From Pedobacter sp. (GTDB lineage: Bacteria; Desulfobacterota; Desulfuromonadia; Desulfuromonadales; Syntrophotaleaceae): a DNA stretch of 64,000 nucleotides. This document shows positions 58,420 through 64,000 of the stretch, piece by piece. The DNA is taken from positions 256,001-320,000 of the forward strand of contig JBFWJC010000001.1 of the NCBI GenBank assembly GCA_050253415.1, in the 5' to 3' direction. How positions within the stretch are numbered: the first letter of the stretch is position 1; each line of letters begins with the position of its first letter. The notes below the pieces were generated by a model. The model had not been told where the DNA came from. It was given only the letters and a program-made list of their open reading frames with translations, and made no database searches. The position numbers and the translations under genes are program-made.

Positions 58420-58810
58420 AGTCGCTTCCTTTCTTTCAATGATGGAAACGGTCAGATTTTGGGTTTGCACTGTTTCCGGTTAAAAGTTGAAATTCTCGGT
58501 AAAACTTTAACGGCTTCATTTTGTCGAAGACCATTTGCCGGTTTCCGTCCCGGGTCCATCGGCCCGGCACGGTTTGTTGCTGAAGGCACCGCGAAAATGG
58601 TGTAATAGTTGTTTGACAAACGCTATTGTCAAGCGGCACGTGATCTTTTTTTAAAAACCAAGCGCGTTGCTAAAAAAATCTGACAGCACTTATTTCATGA
58701 ATTTTACATTAAAAGATTAGCAATAAAAAACAATCCCGCAAGCGTTCTGCGATAAAATACGTAAGTCTTTGAATCATGCACCGTAGCGCGCACGGATGAG
58801 GGAAACCCTG

Positions 58811-58839
58811 TTGAATTTCCCCTCCCCCGCAGGTATAAT
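58811..58839 (+). promoter_or_regulatory. Sigma70 promoter of prmA-rsmE
   Basis: TTGAAT-N17-TATAAT. Confidence 0.6.
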
Positions 58840-58957
58840 CGGGCACATATTTACCAGCCAAGGTATGTCCCTCATTAAAGTGCGCTTGCGATTACACTCG
58901 ATCTACAAGGTTTTTGTCAAGTATTTTATTGCCTTCATCCGAGTCCTTTGATAAACA

Positions 58958-59887
58958 GTGCGAATGAATGAAATCTGGCTACAAATTAATATCAGCGTAC
59001 CCGCCGCCGGCATCGATCTGGTCTGTCATGAATTGACCGAACTTGGATCGGAGGGCATTACCGTGGAAGAACGGTCCCTGGATACATTTGTCATCCCCGA
59101 TCCGGATGCCGATATCCCGGAAACATTAACCATCAAAGCCTATTTTCCCCCGGATGTCTCGGAAACCGGACTTGCCCAGCAGGTCTTCGAGCGGCTGACC
59201 TGGCTGGCTCCCTTGATCCCCGGTCTGGAACCTTGCCTGCCGGAGATCTGTCAGGTCCGCGACGAAGACTGGGCGGAAAACTGGAAGCAGCATTTCGGAA
59301 TATTGCGCATCGGCTCACGACTGGTGATCCGCCCCACCTGGGAAGATTTTACCCCCGGCCCGATGGATGCGGTTCTCACCCTGGATCCCGGTATGGCTTT
59401 TGGCACGGGGAGCCACGCCACGACCCGCCTGTGTCTGGAAGCTCTGGCGGAACTTTATGAAAACCCACCCGGTCCGCAGCGTGTCCTCGATGTCGGCACC
59501 GGCTCCGGGATCCTTGCGGTGGCGGCCGCAGTGTTGGGGGCCCGGAACGTTTTGGGCTGCGACATCGATGAGACGGCCTGTCAGGTAGCCGTTGACAACG
59601 CCCGGCAAAATGGCGTTGAGGAGTGGATAGCGGTCACCCTTGATCCACTGGAATCCCTGGATGGTTCTTTTGAAGTGGTGCTGGCCAATATCCTGGCGGA
59701 GGAAAATGCGCGCCTGGCCCCTGAATTGATTCAGCGACTTGCGCCCGGAGGGGTGTTGATCCTTTCCGGCATTTTGCAGGAAAAAGAACAACTGGTCATC
59801 GATGCCTTCGCCGATCGCGGCCTTGAAGGCCCCGATATCAGGCGCCAGGATGAATGGTCCTGTCTGTGTTATCGCAAGGAAATATGA
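58958..59887 (+). CDS. prmA: Ribosomal protein L11 methyltransferase
   Basis: DWAENWK, LDPGMAFGTGSHATT, VLDVGTGSGIL and ANILA motifs. Confidence 0.93.
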   Translation: MRMNEIWLQINISVPAAGIDLVCHELTELGSEGITVEERSLDTFVIPDPDADIPETLTIKAYFPPDVSETGLAQQVFERLTWLAPLIPGLEPCLPEICQVRDEDWAENWKQHFGILRIGSRLVIRPTWEDFTPGPMDAVLTLDPGMAFGTGSHATTRLCLEALAELYENPPGPQRVLDVGTGSGILAVAAAVLGARNVLGCDIDETACQVAVDNARQNGVEEWIAVTLDPLESLDGSFEVVLANILAEENARLAPELIQRLAPGGVLILSGILQEKEQLVIDAFADRGLEGPDIRRQDEWSCLCYRKEI

Positions 59888-60625
59888 ATGCATCGTTTTT
59901 TTGTCGCGGCGGAGGCTTTGCAGGCTGATAATATCGACCTGCCGGAGGAGATACTGCGGCATATAGCGGTGCTTCGCCTTGCCAGGGGGGAAGAAATCCT
60001 CCTTTTGGATGGCCATGGCAACCTGTGTCATTGCCGTATCGATCAGCTGGATCGCAAACGCGGTGCAGTCGTGGTTCTGAGCCGGCACTCGGAGTGCGAG
60101 AAGGTATTTCCCATCGAGCTTATGCAGGCCCTGCCCAAGGCCGATAAAATGGATCTGGTTCTGCAGAAGGGGACCGAACTCGGCATCAACCGTTTCACTC
60201 CTTTGCAAACCAGCCGTAGCGTTCCGCGTTTGGCGAATCAGCGCGAGGAACAGCGCCGTCAGCGCTGGTTGCGCATCATTCGCGAAGCGGCACGTCAATG
60301 TCGCCGGCCGCTGTTGCCGGAACTCGGCGAGATCTGCACGCTGGACGAGGCGCTGGCAAACTGTCATAGTGAACTGCGTCTTATGTTGTGGGAAGAGGGC
60401 AGCCAGCCACTGGAAACCACTCTGCCTGAGAAGGCCCCTTCGGGAGCAACGGTGCTTATTGGCCCGGAAGGCGGATTCTCGGAACAAGAGGCGGAGATTG
60501 CCCGGCGCCATGGGTTCATCCCGGTGTTATTCGGCCCGCGTATTTTGCGTAGTGAAACAGCAGGATTTGCTGCTGCGACCATTTTGCAATACCGTTATGG
60601 CGATCTGGGAGCGTGTCGGAGTTAG
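59888..60625 (+). CDS. rsmE: 16S rRNA m3U1498 methyltransferase
   Basis: HIAVLR, QKGTELG, EAARQC, IGPEGGFS and RILRSETA motifs. Confidence 0.93.
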   Translation: MHRFFVAAEALQADNIDLPEEILRHIAVLRLARGEEILLLDGHGNLCHCRIDQLDRKRGAVVVLSRHSECEKVFPIELMQALPKADKMDLVLQKGTELGINRFTPLQTSRSVPRLANQREEQRRQRWLRIIREAARQCRRPLLPELGEICTLDEALANCHSELRLMLWEEGSQPLETTLPEKAPSGATVLIGPEGGFSEQEAEIARRHGFIPVLFGPRILRSETAGFAAATILQYRYGDLGACRS

Positions 60626-60710
60626 GGACGTATTTTTTCTCAAGTTCATCGCACTCCCGGGTGTGAAACAGATTTGAAATTAGAGCAAGTAGCTTTGCGG
60701 AGGAATTGTC

Positions 60711-61958
60711 ATGAAATGCCCCAAGTGCGGTTTTCAGAGTTTTAATTACCTGCCCAACTGTAAAAAATGTGGCCGGGATCTTTCTGAAATGCGCGACAAA
60801 TACCGCCTTGGTGATCCTGTTCTGCCGCAGTATCAGGCCCAAAAGACCGCGGGGCCTGCGCAACCCATGGTTGATGATCCTTTCGAGACGACCTTGCCCG
60901 ATGAAAAGGATATCTCTTGTACCGCCAACCTGGCTTCCCTGCCGGATGATGAGGTCGATGCGGAGCTGGCAGATTACTTCGACGAAATAAACGCAATCGA
61001 TCCCGAACTTGCGGCAACCCTCGATCCGGACGCAGACTGGGCCGAAAACGCGTTGACTATGGACACCTTTGGTCTCGAAGCGGGTGAGCCTGTCGAGCCC
61101 GTTCTGCCAGAAGACGAACCGGTTCATGGCGTCACGCCGGCAACAGATGATTTTTTCATGGATGATGATCCGCTGTCCGCAGAAATTCCGGTTTCCGCAG
61201 CGGGCGGATTGGGTGACGAAGTCGAAGAAGCCCCGGACGGTTCGGACGCCACGCAAATTCTGTCAGATGATGACTTTCCGTCGGCAGATGATGAGGATCT
61301 CGATGATTGGTTGCTTGATGGAGCTGAGCCTTCCTGGCGCCGTACCGCGGCAGCCATCCCTGCGGTAGAGACAAAGGCTTTTTCAAGTGTCGATGATGAT
61401 TTCAGGCTCAGTGATGATAACGCCTCGGGCCTTGCTGACGATCAGCCGCAGGTTTTCGTCCAGGAACAGGCGGAACTGCCCTTTGAAAATACCCCGGAGA
61501 CGACCAAACAACGGGCTTCCTTGCCTGCTCGCCTGTTGGCTATCCTCCTCGATACAGGGATGCTGGCTGCCATTCTGGCGCTGTTTGTGTTGGCGGGAGA
61601 GTATCTCCGTCGGGGACAAGGCGTTCTGGTCTGGCCGCATCCTCAGGATTTAACCGCGCAAGCCGGCCCTTATTTCCTGGTGTTTTTCGGCTTGGCCTTT
61701 GGTTACTTCACCGTGTTTCATTATCTGGGCGGGCAGACACCGGGTAAAATGGCGAGCAAGCTCCTGGTTGTCGACATCAACGGGGAACCCTTGCAATTGT
61801 CGCAAGCCTTCTTACGCAGCGTGGGCGGGCTGATATGCCTGTTGCCGGTGGGGCTTGGCTTTTTTTCGGCGCTTTTTAATCGCGAAGGGCGGGGATGGAA
61901 TGATCGTTTGGCCGGTAGCGTGGTGATCTCTGCCAATGAGGGGGAGAGCGAAAGCTGA
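60711..61958 (+). CDS. RDD-family membrane protein with an N-terminal zinc ribbon and acidic linker
   Basis: CPKCG...CKKCG, a long D/E-rich linker, and RLLAILLD, GQTPGK and WNDRLAG motifs. Confidence 0.85.
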   Translation: MKCPKCGFQSFNYLPNCKKCGRDLSEMRDKYRLGDPVLPQYQAQKTAGPAQPMVDDPFETTLPDEKDISCTANLASLPDDEVDAELADYFDEINAIDPELAATLDPDADWAENALTMDTFGLEAGEPVEPVLPEDEPVHGVTPATDDFFMDDDPLSAEIPVSAAGGLGDEVEEAPDGSDATQILSDDDFPSADDEDLDDWLLDGAEPSWRRTAAAIPAVETKAFSSVDDDFRLSDDNASGLADDQPQVFVQEQAELPFENTPETTKQRASLPARLLAILLDTGMLAAILALFVLAGEYLRRGQGVLVWPHPQDLTAQAGPYFLVFFGLAFGYFTVFHYLGGQTPGKMASKLLVVDINGEPLQLSQAFLRSVGGLICLLPVGLGFFSALFNREGRGWNDRLAGSVVISANEGESES

Positions 61959-62032
61959 GCCCGGAGTATGCACTGCCTGGAAGGCCTGCCATACAAGGAT
62001 GGAATGAAGCATACGGAATCGTGATCAAAAAA

Positions 62033-63085
62033 TTACTGTTGGGCAAGTTTGTTTCGCAGGATCAGGATTTCCAGCGCGCAGGCTGCCTTGCCTAAAAGTT
62101 TTTGCAGGTCGATCATGCGTTCGCTGAGGGCTTGCCGACTGTCCTCCACATACAGCACTCCCACCGTTCTCCCCGCCAGAATCAGCGGCAACAGGGCAAT
62201 TCTTTCGGACGCCGCTCCCAGCGATTGGCTCAGGTGCTGAATGAGGGGCGGTTCGGGGATGCGGCCCAGAAACGGACTTTTGCCGTACAACACCGATTTT
62301 AGCACCGCGCTGCCTGCAACCGGTATTTTTACCTCGGTAAAGCCGGGCACTGATTGATCGCCGATCAAACCCCTCCAGCCGCATAGCATCTCATCCCGTA
62401 ACAAAAACAGTCCCATGCGCTCGAATTCACCGGCCAGTTGCGCAGCCAGCGCATCCGCTACGTCCTCGCGGTTGCGGGCCGCAGACAGGTCGGCATTCCG
62501 TGCGGTGGCCGGCAATGCCGGAGTTGGCGCCGGCTCGTCCTCAACGATCTCTGCCTCTTCCAGCAGTGATTCGTCTATCTCGGCGTCTAACGGCGGAACC
62601 GCGATGTCTGCTTCCGGGCGTATCTGCTCGATCAGTAACCGTTCTCGCTCCGGCAGGTCTTTGCGGTAGCAGCGGGAAATCGCCAACAACAAGCGGCATT
62701 CGGGCGCTACCTGGGGTGCCAGCGGATACCCCACCAGCTCACTCAGAGTGTTCAACCTCTCCTGATCACTAGGGTCAGCCATGGCGATCACCAGGCCTTG
62801 TTGACTCAGGCGCAGCGGCAGAGCCCGATGCTTGAGGGCCTGCTCCATGGACAGAAATTCCCGCATCACCGGAGACAGCTCCTGCACATGCTCCGGCTCA
62901 AAATAAGGTCGTTTGAGCTGGCGGCTCAGCAGATGCGCCAGACGATCCTGGCCGATGCCGGTCAGAATAAGCGTGCTGGTGCTGACAGCCATGTCGCCAT
63001 TGCCGGCGTGCCGCAGTATTTCATCGCTCAGTTGTTGGGACAGCATGCCGGTACGAACCAGCAGCTCCAGCAAAGTGCTCGCCAT
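62033..63085 (-). CDS. GspE/MshE N-terminal (T2SSE_N) domain protein
   Basis: LLELLVRTGML, ALPLR, VIAMADP and PQVAPE motifs. GAF-like C-terminus and no ATPase motifs. Confidence 0.7.
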   Translation of the reverse strand: MASTLLELLVRTGMLSQQLSDEILRHAGNGDMAVSTSTLILTGIGQDRLAHLLSRQLKRPYFEPEHVQELSPVMREFLSMEQALKHRALPLRLSQQGLVIAMADPSDQERLNTLSELVGYPLAPQVAPECRLLLAISRCYRKDLPERERLLIEQIRPEADIAVPPLDAEIDESLLEEAEIVEDEPAPTPALPATARNADLSAARNREDVADALAAQLAGEFERMGLFLLRDEMLCGWRGLIGDQSVPGFTEVKIPVAGSAVLKSVLYGKSPFLGRIPEPPLIQHLSQSLGAASERIALLPLILAGRTVGVLYVEDSRQALSERMIDLQKLLGKAACALEILILRNKLAQQ

Positions 63086-63298
63086 GACGACACCATGGCA
63101 GACGTAAACGCTCCGGTCTGCCTTATTCCCTCAATAATTCCCCTGATGGGATAAATAATCCAAATACAAATCGCTATCGAACTTGAAGCGCCGTGTCGCT
63201 TGGACGCAAAAATGTCCGTTGGTTTAACCCGACTCGATCCCGCTGCAATCAAATGTTAGAAGACTCGGTACGGGATCGGCACGGGCGTTCCGAAGCCA

Positions 63299-63922
63299 TC
63301 AACCCATGCGCAGAGTCAAAAAACTCTCCAGGTCAGGGCAGCGCAGATAGGGATTGTGCTGCCGCTCAAACTCAATGGTGGAATACGGCCGGGGGCCGTA
63401 ATCATGACCGGGAAACACCAGCGTTTCGCCGGGGAAAGCGGCCAGTCGCCGTAAACTGGCATACATGGCCGCCGGATCGCTGCCGGGCATATCCGCGCGG
63501 CCGACTTTGGTGACAAACAGCGTATCTCCGGTTATCAGCGCGCCCGGCGGATTCAAGGCAATATCGGCCGGGGTATGGCCGGGTGTGTGCAAGATCTTTA
63601 CCGGATTCGCGCCAATCATCAGCACATCGCCATCTTCCAGCGCCTTGTCGACGCGGACGCCTGCCAGCGGGTGGGCCGCGAGCTTTGCCCCCGTAGCCTC
63701 CAATATCAAAGCGTTGCCGGATATGTGATCACGGTGGCCGTGGGTATTGACCAGCCAGCCAAGCTTGACGTGATGCTGATGAATAGCATCCAGCAGGTGC
63801 TGCGGTTCCAGCGATGGGTCGACAGCTATCCCCTGGCGCGTTTCGGGGCAAAACAGCAGATAGGCGAAATTGGCCATTTCTCCAGCCGGGATCTGTATAA
63901 TCTCAAGCGCGCCAACCGTCAT
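63299..63922 (-). CDS. Glyoxalase II-like metallo-beta-lactamase hydrolase
   Basis: THGHRDH, HTPGHT, TGDTLF and PGHDY motifs; GGAGG RBS before MTVGAL. Confidence 0.88.
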   Translation of the reverse strand: MTVGALEIIQIPAGEMANFAYLLFCPETRQGIAVDPSLEPQHLLDAIHQHHVKLGWLVNTHGHRDHISGNALILEATGAKLAAHPLAGVRVDKALEDGDVLMIGANPVKILHTPGHTPADIALNPPGALITGDTLFVTKVGRADMPGSDPAAMYASLRRLAAFPGETLVFPGHDYGPRPYSTIEFERQHNPYLRCPDLESFLTLRMG

Positions 63923-64000
63923 TGCCAGTCCTCCACCACAGGTGTCCCCGGTGTTCGTTGAATTTCTCCATCGATGATGCAAAAAGAATCTCCGGTGGCA

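Noticed and set aside
58440..58610. Possible c-di-GMP (GEMM) riboswitch upstream of the response regulator
   Set aside because: A GC hairpin is present, but the GGCAAAC-GAAA-GGGACGCAAA core is not.

Overview
Chromosomal window from a GC-rich deltaproteobacterium. The gene repertoire is consistent with Desulfuromonadales such as Pelobacter/Syntrophotalea, but that is an inference. Most of the window is housekeeping or metabolic: two porin-like genes flanking a VCBS/FG-GAP protein, mqnB-mqnD, serA, aroF, a DUF5752-treT-otsA trehalose operon, cobO, a UbiD-family gene, a hydantoinase/oxoprolinase A/B pair, pcnB, miaA, an RND efflux system with TetR, cydAB, LUD lactate-utilisation genes, two two-component systems, an RNase Z-like gene, degP, prmA and rsmE. 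The one clear accessory region is an AT-rich ~6.5 kb element integrated in tRNA-Phe, bounded by 47-bp att repeats at 16316-16362 and 22861-22907. It encodes a tyrosine integrase, two XRE-HTH proteins, an excisionase-like protein, a Rep_trans rolling-circle initiator and lipoprotein cargo, but no capsid, inovirus pI or conjugation genes. Its non-coding DNA shows repeated arm-type-like sites, a leaderless promoter, a promoter-terminator ~90-nt RNA and a candidate nick hairpin. Other highlights missing from the ORF track are an 8-Phe leader-peptide attenuator upstream of aroF and two ModE-box-like sites at a porin promoter. In addition, a small Cys4 protein has an SspB-like C-terminal tail, and the UbiD homologue has Asn at the catalytic-acid position.
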